Source: Leucoraja erinacea
Lineage: Eukaryota
Reading direction: 5' to 3'
DNA: 64,000 nt
Assembly (NCBI RefSeq): GCF_028641065.1
Contig: NC_073399.1
Span: 18,972,001-19,036,000, forward strand
Shown: one piece after another, positions 24,301 to 39,300 of the stretch
Position numbering within the stretch: the stretch's first letter is position 1
Layout of the letters: each line of letters opens with the position of its first letter
Program-made: the position numbers and the translations under genes
Notes under the pieces: model-generated
Seen by the model: the letters and a program-made list of their open reading frames with translations, nothing else
What the model was told of the DNA's origin: nothing
The model's database searches: none

Positions 24301-27300
24301 CACATAATTATAGGGCTTGAGTTGCGCATCAATTATCTTGTTGGGCTAGAAATCTAAAAGCCAAACAAATAATCCAGTTGACAGGATTTCAAATGCCATC
24401 ACAAAGTTTAATAGAATCTGGAAATGAAAAGGAATGACAGCCAAACTATTAAATTATTTTACAAACTGAACTGATTCACTGGTGAGTTTTTGGGACAGAA
24501 ACTACCAAGCCTCATCCAGTTTGAGCTCGTTCCACATCAGTGTTTTGATAATTAAGAGCCTCAGCAGTAGATTGGCATCACAGCCCATAATGATAGGTAA
24601 AAGGGTCATCACTTTCTTTTTGGCAAGTACGAATTGGTAGTACAGGTATATAAATACACCTTCACGCTATCTTTAGAATTTTAACCTTTAGAGATACAGT
24701 GAGGAAACAGCCCTTCGGCCCACCAAGTACATGCCGACTAGCGATTTAACTGTTGTTATAGTACATTAGAGTATAATGCTCCCCTCTCCCAAAGGGCAGG
24801 CAATACAAAACCTTGGATGCACAAAACACTAGATTCAGGAAAAACAACTTCCCCACTGTTATCAGATTACCGAACAGTCCTCCCATAAACTAGGTTGTAG
24901 CCCATATCTCCCAATCCACTTCATTGTAAACCTTGGAACATTTCTCTTGAACTGTATTGTTATAATGCTGCAACACTATATGTTTCTCTCTGCATTGCCT
25001 GTTGTACTTGTATATGGCTTAATTCTACTCGTATTTAGAATGATTTGACTGGGTAGCATTCTAACAAAGCTTTCACTGTATCCTGGTGCAAATACAACTA
25101 TTGCCATACGCAAGTACCACAGGTAGTGCAAAGAGAAAAATGCCAGAGTGCAGGTTAGCATAAGCGTTACAGTACCATGCAGCTGCAATAAATCGTTACA
25201 TCTTTTGGGAAATCACACAACAATGTCACTCTTCTGATGGACTCCTAGATGAGATCGTTTTTGATGGAATCGCAGAAGGAAATTGAGATTGTTGAGCACG
25301 TTGTATTCACAGAACAGGAAGAGGCCATTAGGTTTGTTGCACTCAGCTCAGTTTTTCAAAAACTTTTTATTTTTCAAATGAATTTCTGGTTTTCAGTTAA
25401 AAGCTGTTGGACCAGATTTTACTGATAATGCTGCTGTTCCATGTGTGCTACGGGCATTTTCCCGCAAAACTATCAGATTTGGGACTTCCTGTGCAAATAT
25501 GGAACTACTGAGCTTCCTAACAGTTTCTCTGTGAATTTTCTGATATTGGTCATCATGCAATCCATTGGTAGAGTGACAACATCCTGTGGTTTCACAGCAG
25601 ATGTGTTGGGGAATCTGCTGCTGAGCATGTGACTATCTCTTGTGACTCCATTCATTTTAATGGAGAAAAATACCTACAAGGGAAAGGAAACGAGTAGTTA
25701 AGTATCAAGTAATTTACATTTATTGAATTAATGTAAATGTAATTAACCAGGCAACTGAACGGTCCCTCATCAGCTAGAGTGCGGTCCCGACTTCCCTTCT
25801 GCCTGAGACCTTTAACCATCGTTTATTGAACTTCAATGTTATATCTTGCACTAAACATTGTACCCTTTATCCTTGGGTAGACAAAAATGCTGGAGAAACT
25901 CAGCGGGTGAGACGTGCATCTATGGAGCGAAGGAAATGGGCGACGTTTCGGGTCGAGACCCTTCTTCAGACTCGTCGCTTATTTCCTTCGCTCCATATAT
26001 GCTGCCTCACCCGCTGAGTTTCTCCAACAGTTTTATCTACCTTTGATTTTCCAGCATCTGCAGTTCCTTCTTAAACATTACCCATTATCCTTTATCTGTG
26101 CACTGTGGACAGCTTGATTGTATTCATGAATAGTCTTTTCTCTGACTGGATAGCACGCAAACAAAAGCTTTTCACAGTACCTCGGTACACATGACAATAA
26201 TAAACTAAACTTAACTTAATTGCATTTGAACTTAATTTTTTTTGTTTTTCTCTTTAACATTTCAATGTATGTTTAATGGTTTTTGAATGCTTCTGAATAT
26301 TCTTGCCACTCTAACTATTAAACAATTAAAATGTTTGGCAGTTAGTGGTATTTTGATAATCCTCTGTACCCATCTTCTACTTCTGAATTCGCTTGCTCCC
26401 TGGAAGAGCTGAAGCCCTTAATTCTATGATCGTCCGGGAATTTATTTACCTCAACTTTAAATATATCCAATGATCCAGCCTCCACCATTCTTTGGAACAC
26501 AGAATTCCTGAGACGCAGTCCTGTATCTTGAAACTTTGACCTCTCATTTGAGATTCTTCCACTATGGGTCTTTGTGAATTCCAACTAAACCATTGTTTCT
26601 GTGTATAAATGCCACACGCTAACTATACTCATTAATTTAAAATATTTATAATGTCAATCCCTGGGTGGTTTACAATGATCGGTTTGGAACAGATGAAGCT
26701 ATAAGAAAGCAGTCACTCTTCACTACATGTTCCACTTTACTACCCTCACTTCAGTAGCCTCTTTGTACTGCTGCAGTCATCAAATTGCATAATCTTCCTA
26801 CACTTTATTTTCATTTAACAAGTATCTGTTGAACACAGTCTGTGGCTGGGACTCCTGCATCCCCCAAATGCTAGGTTGCATACTTGCCTGGCTTTATCCT
26901 TCTGTTATCTGACAATTGTCCAAATTTAAGCTATGAGTAACCTGAGGGGTGTAACTGCATCCTGGATCAAAGTCTGCACATGTCAATCTCTCATGCCATA
27001 CAAGGCCAAAGGCTGAGACTCCATTGTAACTCTTAGCTGAAATTCCCCAGTATGCATATATTTACTGGCAGCATCTTGGGCTCTTTCTAGTTTCTCCCAG
27101 TTCTCAGATTGGCCCAGTTATTTCAGGGGAGAAACACCTGAAAATTGTTTTTCCTATTTAGTTCAGATAATTTCTGCATACATTCAGCAATAAATTATCC
27201 CAATTATAAAATGGGACTCCATGAGAAAGGCACCATCTGTGGTTAACAAAGACATCAAGGAAAATGTTTAATTGAAAAGCAGGGATTCAGACTTGCAGGG

Positions 27301-30300
27301 GCTGGTGGTAGACCAGAGGATTGGCAATTTAAGGATCCAATAGCAAATGATTAAGAAGCCCACAAGAGTGGAGAAAGTTGATTTTTAGAGAAAACATGAG
27401 TGCAATATCAAAACAAACAGTAAGAATAGGAAGAACCAGCTCGGGTAGGTGTGGGATTTCCAGAAAATGAGTCTGATGACTTGACAGGAAACAAATAAAT
27501 GGCAGATATGTCAAACGTAGTCAACATTAGTTTATGAAAGGTGAATCATGTTTGTGAAATTTGCTTGATTTCTTTGAGGATGTGACGGGTAGTGTTGATA
27601 TGAAGTTTTGGAGGAACATTATCAGTGGGGATTGAATGGTGGCTGTTGCCTACAAAAGAGTTGAGATAAATGGATCCTATTCAGACCATGGAATTGCAAC
27701 TGATGGAGTACACCAGGGATAGGTTCTTGGCCCTCAACTGTTTATTATAATGACTTGGAGGAGGGAATGAAATGTAAGGTTTCAAGTTTTTCCTCATGTT
27801 GCAAAAATATGTGGAAAGACATGTGATAAGGATGCTGTGAGTCTTCAACAGGACATGGAAAGATTAAATGAATGGGTTAATACCTACCAAATGTGGGGGA
27901 GTGGAGTTCATTCATCCATTAAAAGGAACAAACAGGTGGATTATTATCTAAATGAAGAGAGATTGCAAATTAATGAAGTTCAGAGGTATCTAGGTGTTCG
28001 AGTACATGAATCACAAAATGTTAATAAGCAGGTCTAACAAGTTAAGAGGGCAAATGGCATGTTTATTTTTAAATGTTGGTGTTTAATAATAATTTCTTAC
28101 AGTTGTACTGACTGTTGGCGACACACCTAAAATATTTGTACAGTTTTAATCCCTTAATCTAAAAAAGGATATCGTAGCATTGGAGAAAATGGTGGAAATT
28201 GATAGGAGCACAAATATTGATGTCATACAGTGTGAACACAGGCCCTTCGGTCCAACATGCCCACAACTGACCAATATGTCCCACCTACACTTCTTCCACC
28301 TGCCTGTGTTTGGCCCATATCCCTCTAAATCTGCCCTATCCACGTGCCTGTCTAATTGTTTATTAGATGCTACTATAGTCCCTGCCTCAACTACCTCCTC
28401 TGGCAGCTTGTTCCATAGACTCACCGCCCTTTCTGTGAAAAAGATAGTCCTCAGATTCCTATTAAATCTTTTACCTTAAACCTATGTCCTCTGATTCTCG
28501 ATTCCACTACTCTGGGCAAGAGACTCTGTGCATCTACCCAATCTATTCCCCTCATAATTTTATAGACCGCTATAAGATCACCCTTCATCCTTCTACGCTC
28601 CAAGGAAGAATCCCAGCCTGCTCAACCCCTCCCTATAGCTCAGACCCTTGAGTCCTGGCAACATCTTCATGAATCTTCTCTATACCCTTGCCAACTTGTT
28701 ACTCTGGCTCGAGGGTGGGGAACCTTTTCATGTTGCAATGCCGCATTAAGTTAGCTGTAATCTAATAAGGCCGCATCCAAGAAACTTCAATTAGATATAC
28801 AGGTACTTCAAAATATACATTATTTTGTAAAAATCAAACTACTATGTACTAACTTCAAGAAGATGAAAGAAAATTGTTAATTCAAAAGTTAATTAACCTT
28901 TTAATGACTTTGTTGTGACTGCATTTTGTGGGAAAGCATTTGAATATTTGGTTGCAACATGGAGGTACGCAGTTTCAGATGATCTTCCAGATGGGTATCC
29001 GTCATTTGTGACCTTAAGGGCGTCTTGATTTGGGTTAGGTAGGAGAACGTAGATTCGCAGCAATAAGTGGTTGAAAAGCAAGAAAGCATTTTTCGTGCAT
29101 GTCAAACGTACATTCTAGAGTCGCATTAGAACTAAATCATGAGCATAACAGGTGTTAAAATAGCCCTCATGATTTACTAATGTTTTAATTGTGTCCGTCA
29201 GTTGGGGAGGATTATTTTGTTGAATATTCTTTTACTCTTTGGTATTTTAAATACGTTCATTTTAAGAATAAAAATAATAAAAGACGAACAAAAACATATT
29301 AGTAAAAATAAAGGGATTTGTGCTCCAAAATTTGGATCCATTCAAAAGGCCGCACTTAATGGCCTAGAAGGCCGCAGGTTCCCCACCCCTGCTCTGGCTG
29401 ATCTTGCCTGGAGTGTGTAGAATTTTCAACTAAGTGTTTTTGAGTAGTCATCATCTTTGGTAATTCAACATATTTGCAAATGCAAGCTGCCATGATGTTT
29501 CACTGTGCTCATTTTCATTGTTGTTGAAAGCTGCTCAAATTTCAAGACCCCATCAATGAATATAACCCTAGTATGTTTTAATTCCCATATTCTTTAGTCA
29601 CGAAAGGGGATTCTCTGTAATATTGAAGACTCGCAGATCAGTTAGACCCTGACTTTTGCTGACGTAAATGTCTTTAATAATTTTTCCAAAAATAAATTTT
29701 TTTCCAAAAAAAATCCCTATTACTTATCTATTTCTCCCTTTCATTCATGATTTAGTTTGTTGAGTATGGCCATCATTTTGTTTGCTACATTGTCAATTAA
29801 TTCCTGTTAATATCATGGCCATCAGTAAAAATGCAGTCCCACCATTGCCTGTGTCTTTAATTTTCTTTTATCCCTTATGCGATCCACTAGCTTGTTTGGT
29901 TTTATTCCAACAGCTAGGCTAATTTAAATGCCTCCAAATATTCCTGCATGAAACAAATAATTATTTATTTAAATATTATTTTAACGCACTAGCTTTTAAG
30001 CTACTTGTTGTTTTAAATGTGTGTACAATGATCTATGTATATGCCATTTTTCTTTCTAAATTTCCCATAAGTTTAAAATCTCATATCTGATGGATATGGC
30101 GAATCAGTTCTGTCATTGCTCCAGTGAGACTATTTTATGGGTAAACACTTCTGTACTTATTTATTTTATTGAAGTGTTTAATGTCCCAAGCACATCCATT
30201 CCTAAAGATTATGGCAGGACAGTTCTCGTGGATTTTAATGCCGTGTTTGAGTTAATTCTGTGTTCTGGGAGACACTTTGAGATTTGATATCCCTGCATTT

Positions 30301-33300
30301 TGTGAGATAATTACTATCTCATTCTCCCTGACCATTAGATAATTGACTGAAGAACCATTTATTTCTGTTACAGAGTGCAGTGATATTATCTAGTACACTG
30401 CTTAAAAGGTAATAAGAAACTATTTATTTTACAACCCACAAATAGAAATTTGAGAAAAGGCATGCAAAGAAAAGGTTTCTATGGTTATGAAGAGAAAACA
30501 GTGTTGTGGGACAAGAGCTCTTTCAGAAATAAAGACAGTGCGCCAAATGGAAGTCTTCTAAGCCAAAACATGATGCCACTCTGCTAAAGTTTGTAACTTG
30601 TGCAGCAGAACAATGCAGCAGACCCAGTCACACTCTAGTCCCATATCTGTCTTCCTGCTTGAACCCATTAAGAGGAGGGAGGGGGAGGGGAAGGGTAGGT
30701 GATAGTGAGCAATACGATGATTTAGAATGTCAATGAGAATCAAAGTGGTATCAAATTAAGAATCAGTGCAGGGCAGCAGTGGATTCTTGGCCATTTGTAT
30801 GAGTTGTGGTAAGGACAGCATGACCTTGAGTTCATTTTTTTTACCATGGGTGATGGCGCATAGAAGAAGTGCCCACTATCTCAGCATAGCCTGAATACTA
30901 AACCATAGTACTACACTTTGATGTTCAATTTCAGATTGATTTTACTCCCCAGTGTGGCCTTCTACACTAATGACAGTTGATTTGTTTTGTCTACAGCATG
31001 CATCCTAAACATCCAGGCAGACAAAGATCCCATCACCGATGGTCATCCTCAGCTCACATCCTTATGTGATATTCTTGAAATTATCCTGCGGAAAGGAATC
31101 CGACGTAAGTAACTGCAGTGCCTGGCGCGCTTCTTTCTTTTGGAGATCTGCTGTAACGTATGTTACCATAATGCAAATAGGATAAAATGTAATAGAGTCA
31201 AACAGCGTAGAAACCTGGTGCTTCAGCCCAACTTGCCCATCCCAACCAACAAGTCCCACCTGCCTGCGTGTGGCCCATATCCGTCTAAACCTCTCCTATC
31301 CATATACCTATCTAAATGTTTCTTAAACGTTGTGATAGTAACTACCTCCTACGGCAGCTTGTTCCATACATCCATAACCCTTTGTGTAAAAAAAAAAAAA
31401 AAGTTGCCCTTCAGGTCCCTATTAAATCCTTCCCTTCCTCGCCTTAAAACTATGTCCCCTGGTTCTCAATACCCCTACTCTGGGCAAGAGATTCTGTACG
31501 TAATCTATTCCTCTTGTGATTTTGTACACCTCTATAAAATCACGCCTCTTCCTCCTGTGCTCCAAGGAATAAAGTCGTAGCCTGCTCAACCTCTCCCTAT
31601 AGCTCAGTCCTGGCAACATCCTCATAAATCTTCTCTGCACCCTTTCCAGCTTGACAGCATTTTTCTTATAACATGTTGCCCAGTGCCTCGCCAACGTCTT
31701 TTATAACTGCAACATGACCTCCCAACTCTATACTTAATACTCTGACTGATGAAGCCAATGGGACAAAACCTTTTAGGCCCCCACCCCCCCAACAGTGGAG
31801 AGTTTACTGACTGGTTGCACTATGGCCTTGTTCTGTAAGTCGAACACCCAAGAGCAAAGAGAATTGCAGGAAGTATGATAATATATTGCCCAGCCCATCA
31901 TGGGTATTGACCTCCTCAGTTCAGAAGGAATCTATAAGAAGCATTGACAGTAAAATGAATTTTTGCTGTTGTGAAATGGTGGAATTGTCTTGTTGCAGAG
32001 CCAGTCCTGGGGCTGTGGAGAAGAGACTACTGGCACTGGATGGAGCAACTTCCACAACAGGATACCTGTTCCAGGTAATATACTGCCACCAATTTCAACA
32101 GAATTTGCTTTGGAGGAAGGGACCAGTTGCCTTATCAGGTCTATCAGCTCTTTGAAAAACTTGTTCAACCTGGATCGATTCCTCAACTTCTTCCTTGTGC
32201 CCTGTGACTCGTTCAATTCCCGTTGAACATTGCTACTGGATTTACTGCTGCCCCTCCACTTGGATGGGGCACACTTGCTTATTGGACTCTAAGTCTAAAT
32301 AAAACTGAGAATTTTAACAGGGAATGCGACTGACAGGAAGTGATTGAAATAAATAATATATCACCAAAAACAGCCGATGTGGTCATCGTTACATCACAGT
32401 GATCAAGTTTACAATCAAGTTTACTTGCTGTGAAAGATACGTATAAAGTTCCTTCCTCTATGCTTGGACTATTTATTTGATACATTGGATAGGTAAAGGC
32501 ATGCCTTAATTCATGAAAGAAGTAACCATTGTTCATGTGAAAAGTCAGTTTTACATAAATGGAATTATGTAACACTGTTAGCAATTAGAATCCAGCAACT
32601 GGAAGCTTATTTGTGTTGTACTGAAGTGAATGGGCAAAGTATGTGAGCTGCCAGCACATGTGGAGCACAGTTCAATTACAAATATCGAGGGGCAGAACTG
32701 ACTTGTTATGCAGTTAAACTGAAAGATGGTGGACAACGTGCATCTGTAATTTGAGCTATTCCATGGATGGGGAAAATAAATAACCATCTTCCCTTAATAA
32801 AGTGGTTTGAAATGTATCTTTTAATATGTATTTTATTTTCCTCATTGCTCTCAATAATGTGGTGATGAACCACTGCCTTGAACCACTGCTGTCCTTCTGG
32901 TGAAGTGTCCCCAACCACAAATAATGTGGGCGTGTTATAACTTTCAAAGTAGAGCTGACGGACCTGCGATATATGTCAAAGGGAGGATGGCATGTGACAA
33001 GGAGAACCTGCAGATGTTTGTAATTCCGTGTCCATAACCCCTTAGCCCTGGTAACATTGGAAAATGGTGCCAGAATAATGTCGTGACCTGTCTTGTCCTG
33101 GGTGATGTCAAGCTCTTTCAGTATTGTTAGATCTACACTTGTCCAACCAAGTGACGTTATTTGGTGGCAGGATGCAAGTCATTTGCTCCCAGTATTGACC
33201 ACAGTATTTTGATGATGCCGAATGCCATGAGAGATTATGCCATCAAGTATCAATGACTGACACTCATTGCAGATGTTTAGTTTAATTTAGAGATACAGCG

Positions 33301-36300
33301 CGGAAACGGGTCCTTCAGCCCACCGAGTCCGCACCGACCAGCGATCCCCACGCATTAACACTATCCTACACCCATAATATTGAGAATAAAGTTAGATTAG
33401 ATTAGTGTAGTGTTGGTGTAAATGGGCGGTTGATTGTCAGTGAGGGCTCAATGGACCAAAGGGTTAGTTTCCATGCTATGTCTTTCTAATAACCTAGGTG
33501 CCAAGTTTGAATGTTACCTGGGCTTTGTTGCATTGAGGAGTTGTGAATGAATTTCAATGTTACACAATTCTGAGCAAACATCCTCACTTCTAATGTTTTG
33601 AAAATTGGAATATCATTGACAAAACAACTGAAGATGGCTAAAACTCTGCCCTGAGCAATGTCCTGGGCTTGGATATTTGATCTCTAACAACTTCAGTTTT
33701 GAGCAAGTGAAATGTTTTCCTGTACTGTCCATTTACCAGGGTTTCATGATGTGGTCTAGGTGTACAGATAATCAGTCACCTCGCCTCATCTAGGCCCGTC
33801 TGAAGAAATTGCCTGACCCAAAATATTATCCATCCATTCCCTCCATAGATGCTGCCTGACCTCCTGAGTTCCTCAAGCATTTTGTGGTTTCCTCAAGATA
33901 CCAGGATCTTGACCTCGGCTCTTTTGTTCATTTTTGGACTAGACTGTGTTCTGCAACTAAACCTGCTTGGTGAAATCCACACTGGGTATTGGTGAATGAC
34001 AGCCTCTTGAGAATACTGTTAACAACACCATTTATTAATTTGCAAATGAACATGATTGCAAATGATTCAGGCTTGTCTTTAGCACTCACGTGCTCGCCTC
34101 CACCAACAATGATCTGGAAGTCCTCACAAACTAGCAGCTTAATTGTCCATCAGTCATCATGAGGTGTGGTAGTCATGCAGAGATTTGTTTTGATTTATTG
34201 TTAATGGGATGACTTACTTTTTGCACACTTTTGCTGCTTTGCCATTTTTTCAGGCATGCCCTTCTACATATCTCGTTGAACCAGGTCTGATTTTCCTGTG
34301 CTATAACAATGAAACATGTTGGTAAGATCATATAACGAAAGACATTTCTTTCTGCTGCTGATGATCCACAGTGCCTCAAGGCTGCCCATTTATGCACTGC
34401 CTGATCTTGTCTGTGTCTAAAAGCCAAATGCTGGAAGCTTGTGAGCAGGTCAGACAACATTTGTGGAAAGATAAATTGTTAAATTATGATCTGATTCTTA
34501 CAGCAACGTATGAATGCTGGGGACAGAATCCATGTGTGTGTAATTTTGTCTGGCCACTGCGCAGACAGGTCATGTGGAAGTGGGTAAGATGTCCGGCATG
34601 TCTGCTACATTCTTCACGTCCCGCAATGGCGGAGTAAGGCAGGCATAACAACAGCACAACAGCTTGGTCTTGTGGCTAATACCTCTTCATCCCCACGCTT
34701 CACAATCTTCCAAAAGAGCTGGCTTTTGTTCACATTGTAATCAATGTTGACTGATCTTGAGAGAGTGCTGCCAATGTTTCTCCACTACTGAAAATCTCTG
34801 ACTATTCACAAGGATGTTTGGTTCTGTCTTTGGTGCAGGCTGGTGCATAATTTCCGTTTTCTTTGCACTAATTGTGAAGCCAGGGTTGCTACAGGTGCTG
34901 GCAAATTTGTCTCCGTTTTCCTGCAGATCGGCCTCGGAGCTACCATTGAGGACCCAGTCAGCAAAGAGGAGGTCCCTTAAGGTGCATTCTTGTACTTTGG
35001 TTTTGGCTGAGAGTCTCTCTAGATTAAAAAGAGCACCATCGGTCCTGTAGCTTAAGTTGATTCCATCTTGTTTATCAGGGTAGGCATTGGGCAGCATTGC
35101 AGAGAATATCATATAAAACATACAAAGAAAATCATAAACTAAACTTGCCATCACAATAACAACGATCCTGGAGTAATGTGTTTCCACATATGTTTTTGTG
35201 CTGGATTGTTCCTCAGCTATGTTAATTTGTTTTTAATGGTGTTTAAAGTCCAAGAAGCCTTCACTTTCTGGGTTGAATTTTGATTCTGTTAACCATGCAA
35301 ATAATATGAAGTATGTCAGCAGGGAGGCAGAGAAGGGGTGTCATTTGTGAAGACGTGTAATATTGCAATTCATACAGTATAATTTGGTTACTTGACTTTA
35401 ACCCCACACATGGTCTGAAATACGCGAGTATTTGTGAATAAAGGGCTGATTTGTTGATTTGCAGACAAAATGCTGCAGTAACTCAGCGGGTCAGGCAGCA
35501 TCCCTGGAGAAAAGGAATAGGTGACGCTTCAGTTCCGAACATTTTTTCAGACAGCCCAACATTAACATTTATTGACTGTTCCTTTCCTCGTTCCCCAGAT
35601 TACCTCAGCTCTCCATGGCCTTGGAGAAAACTCTTGCTTGCAAAAGGACACTGACGGCACAAGGCCGGGGCCGATATTATATCCGCCAGGCAATGAATCG
35701 GAAGATCATGGCTGTTACAATACACCATCTACTCCACACTCCAAGACTCCTAGAGGTATCCACACCTGTTTCTTCAATGCTCTATGCCAAACGGAAAAAC
35801 CTCCTTTCCCAATATTCAGGCATCACTCAATCATCACCTATTGTCATTTTTCCTTGGATATTACTTCTTCTACACATTCCTTCCTCCTGTCTTCATTGAT
35901 CCCCTCATTCCATTCATCATCCATCCATTTATTATTGAAGCTTGACTTCGGCGACATAACTATAATAAACCATTTCAAAATTGTAGCTGAAGTAACCTTT
36001 GCACTCTGGGTGGTTTGCCTATGCTTCTGTTTGCAAACAGATTGTGATGACTTGTGGTGGGTCAATCTTTGATTTGGGGTAGGGATGGGGGAATAGTGTG
36101 GCGTTGGTCTGTCGTCTTGTGAATGTAAGCCCAGTTTTCCTTTTGCCATGTGGTATTCCAGACTGAATGGTGGGGTTCATCTAGTAACTGATTAGAGGGG
36201 CACAGGGCTGTAGAGATTGCAATCAAATACAGGTGCGAGAGTAATAATAATCCAGTTTTGACAGACATATTTCACAGAACAATCTCAAAGGCGCTCAAGG

Positions 36301-39300
36301 CCTGAAACGCATTAATAAGCATTGACCAGAAAAGTACATTCAGAAATACTAGAAAATTTGTCATTGATCAGTCTGATCTAAATCATTCCTCTCTTTAACC
36401 TCTCCGTTCCTTTTTGTTGCAGTGGTATGATCGTGAGAGCTCCGTCCTGACCAATGAGTGTTTTGCAGGTAAGAGCTCTGGTAGTTTAGTATTCTTCTGA
36501 TTTAGGATTTTCTCCAACCAATAACCTGATCAGGTTGGGGCCGTTGTTATCTTGGACGGGGCAAAAACTCCCTGGAGTTTACAAAGGATTTCAATGGAAT
36601 AGCAATAAAATTTACAATTAACGGCGTTTAGAAGAGTTCTGCCTCGCAGTTCAATCCTAACTTTGGGTGTAGTTGTGTGAAGTTACCCATTCTCCCTGTG
36701 AACTCATGGATTTCGATTGAGCTCCAATTTCCTCCCACGTTCTAAAGACACGAGTTGGTTAATTGGCCACTGTAAATTACCTCGAGTGTGTAGGAGAGTG
36801 GTAGAATCTGGGAGAAAGTTGATGTGAATGTGGAGAAAATAAAATGCGATTAGTCTAGAATTAGTGTAAATATCATTTACTGCTTGATACAGACTCAGTT
36901 AGCCAAAGGGCCATTTTCTGTGCTGTAAGTCTCTATCAAATGGTTTTATACACTTGGAAAAGGGATTGAAATGTGATGTGGATTTGTGAAGTATCTTTAT
37001 GGAATGGGTTGTGCAGCTTGTAAAGGGGAGAGTTTATGGGTGAAGGATTTCAGAAATGGATGAGGTTGAAAGGTTAATGAGAATATCTGCTTTATCGTTT
37101 GGGTGGAAAGATTTATGCAGCATGGGAGATTTTAAGGTGAAGTGCTTATGAGGAGGGAGGTCGGGCAGTTGGAGAGATGAAGGAACGTTCAGAGGAGATG
37201 CTTTGAAGCTTCAAAGTGTTCACCTTATTCTCATTTTCCTTCAGTAAATGTCTGAGTATTTTAAGCAAAAAATTATTCATCCTCCAGAATCTTAATTAGC
37301 ACTTTATTCGAAGATGAAATAGGATTTTAATTTTGGTGGAATTGCAAATGATTCTTACATCCCAGAAATCCGTTCTAACTGTGGTCAGTGGCGGACTGGC
37401 CAGGGTGTCAGCTTGCTCGATGGCAAGTGGGCTCCTGATGAAGTTGGCCCCCTATATTAAGTGGGCCCCTGATGAAGTGGGCCCACTTTGTCTCCTGGCA
37501 ACCAATATTTTTAGACCCAGTCCGCCACTGACTGTGGTGTCCAACGTATGACCCTCACCTTGTGAGTCTTGGTTCTTGGTTTCTTGGTCCTCCAAAATAT
37601 TCCAAATGGAATTTAAACTGAAGGTGGTGAAGGGAGGGCTTAAGCCAGAAAGGGTTATTGGGAAGAAAGAGCTACTTTAAATTTAGTTGCATCTGGTTGA
37701 GTAACTATGGTTGGGTGGAGTTTATTCCATGCTTTAATTGTGCGGGGGAAGAACGAATGCTGTATATATCTGTCTTTGTAGCTGGGATCACAAATTGGAT
37801 CGAATGCCCTCGTCTGCTCCTAATTGGTTTGGGTTTGGTGTAGGTCTTGTAGCCCATGTCGAGCTGACCATTTAACATTTTGTAAAAACAGGTCAAACGG
37901 TGAGCTTCATGTCTGTCTTGGAGAGGGTTCCACCCCAGGTTATTCAGAAGTTTGGTGACATTCGCTTCTCTCTCATAGGTGTTAGTAACAAATCGAGCTG
38001 CCTGTCTTTGGACACGTTCGATGGATGAAATGTTTTTAGCCGTGTATGGGTCCCATGCTGCAACTGCGTAGTCCAAATGAGGTCTAACGAGGATGAAGTA
38101 TAGCTTCTTGACAGAAGTTGAACAATGATGAAAGTTGTGCCTCAGAAAGGACACCTGTTGCTTTCACCGTTGCATGATGAGTCTGACCATTCCAACGCAG
38201 ATCATTCTGCAATTTGATGCCAAGATACTTGGTTTGTTTGGATTCTTCAAGGTCATATCCACCTGCAGAATAGGTCTGCCCAGCCTGTGGGCTCCACTTC
38301 TGTCCTTTCTGGCCTGTATGGTAATGGACGTGGCAGCAGTTCCTGGGATACTCGGGACAGTCCCGACTCCTTCAAAGGAATGGCCATGACGTTATCCATC
38401 GACACTACAGGAGAACTGAGACAAGTGCTGTAGCTGCAATCATGAATTAGAGGTTTACCCCTACAATCATCCCCACCATTGTCCATATCCACACTCCCAA
38501 TCCCTACCATCACCCCAGGACCCAGGGACCACAGAGCCTGAATCCTGACCTAGCCTTCATTGCATGTACTGTACAAGTTTCGCTGTATAACACCATGGTG
38601 CAGTGTGGCAGGGGATGTGATTGGAAAAATGATGGGGTACAATACTGGTCGGTCTGTCATTGTGCAATGTTAGGGTACAGTATTCATGGTATCAGTCTGT
38701 CACTGTAGAACACATGGTACAGTATTGGTGGGGACTGTTATGTCATTGTATAACACTGAAGTCCAGTTCTGGTGTGCATGGGTCTGTCACTGTCCAACAA
38801 TGGGGTACAGTACTAGTGGAGATGGGATTGTTGTATAACACTGGGGTACAGTATTGGTGGGGATGGGTCATTCACTGTATAGTACTGGTGGCAATGGGTG
38901 CGTATTACACTGGGCTACAGTACTGATGGGGACGGGTCTGTCACACTAGGGTACAATACTGGTAGGGTTCTGTTTCGACCTCCCTGTTAATTAGAAACCC
39001 TCATGATCTGAGCTGAACGCCTGATCAATACTCAATGGTCTTCCCTAATTTTAATGAATGTAATCACCCTGCCTGAAAGCCATTGATAGGGAAGATAAGG
39101 ATTGTTCAGGGCAGGTGCATGAACAATTTATGCAAGTATATCCCGGCTTGGTGCAGTGATCTCTCATTACTCAGCCCGATCCCTGTAGCTCTTAGTTCAC
39201 TTTTGGCTTTTTCTTTTGTACAGAGCCTTTCCTCTCACTGCTACTGGTCTTGTCACAGATGAAATTCACCCTTGACCTTGAGGTTAGTATTGATAAATTG

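Noticed and set aside
21347-30996. Extra coding exons in the 9.6-kb first intron of the unnamed gene
   Set aside because: Exons 1 and 2 already join in phase and no convincing exon was seen; small alternative exons cannot be excluded by eye
31022-31030. CAAAGATCC matching the footprint terminus
   Set aside because: Lies in coding exon 2 (DKDP), with no opposite end and no TSD
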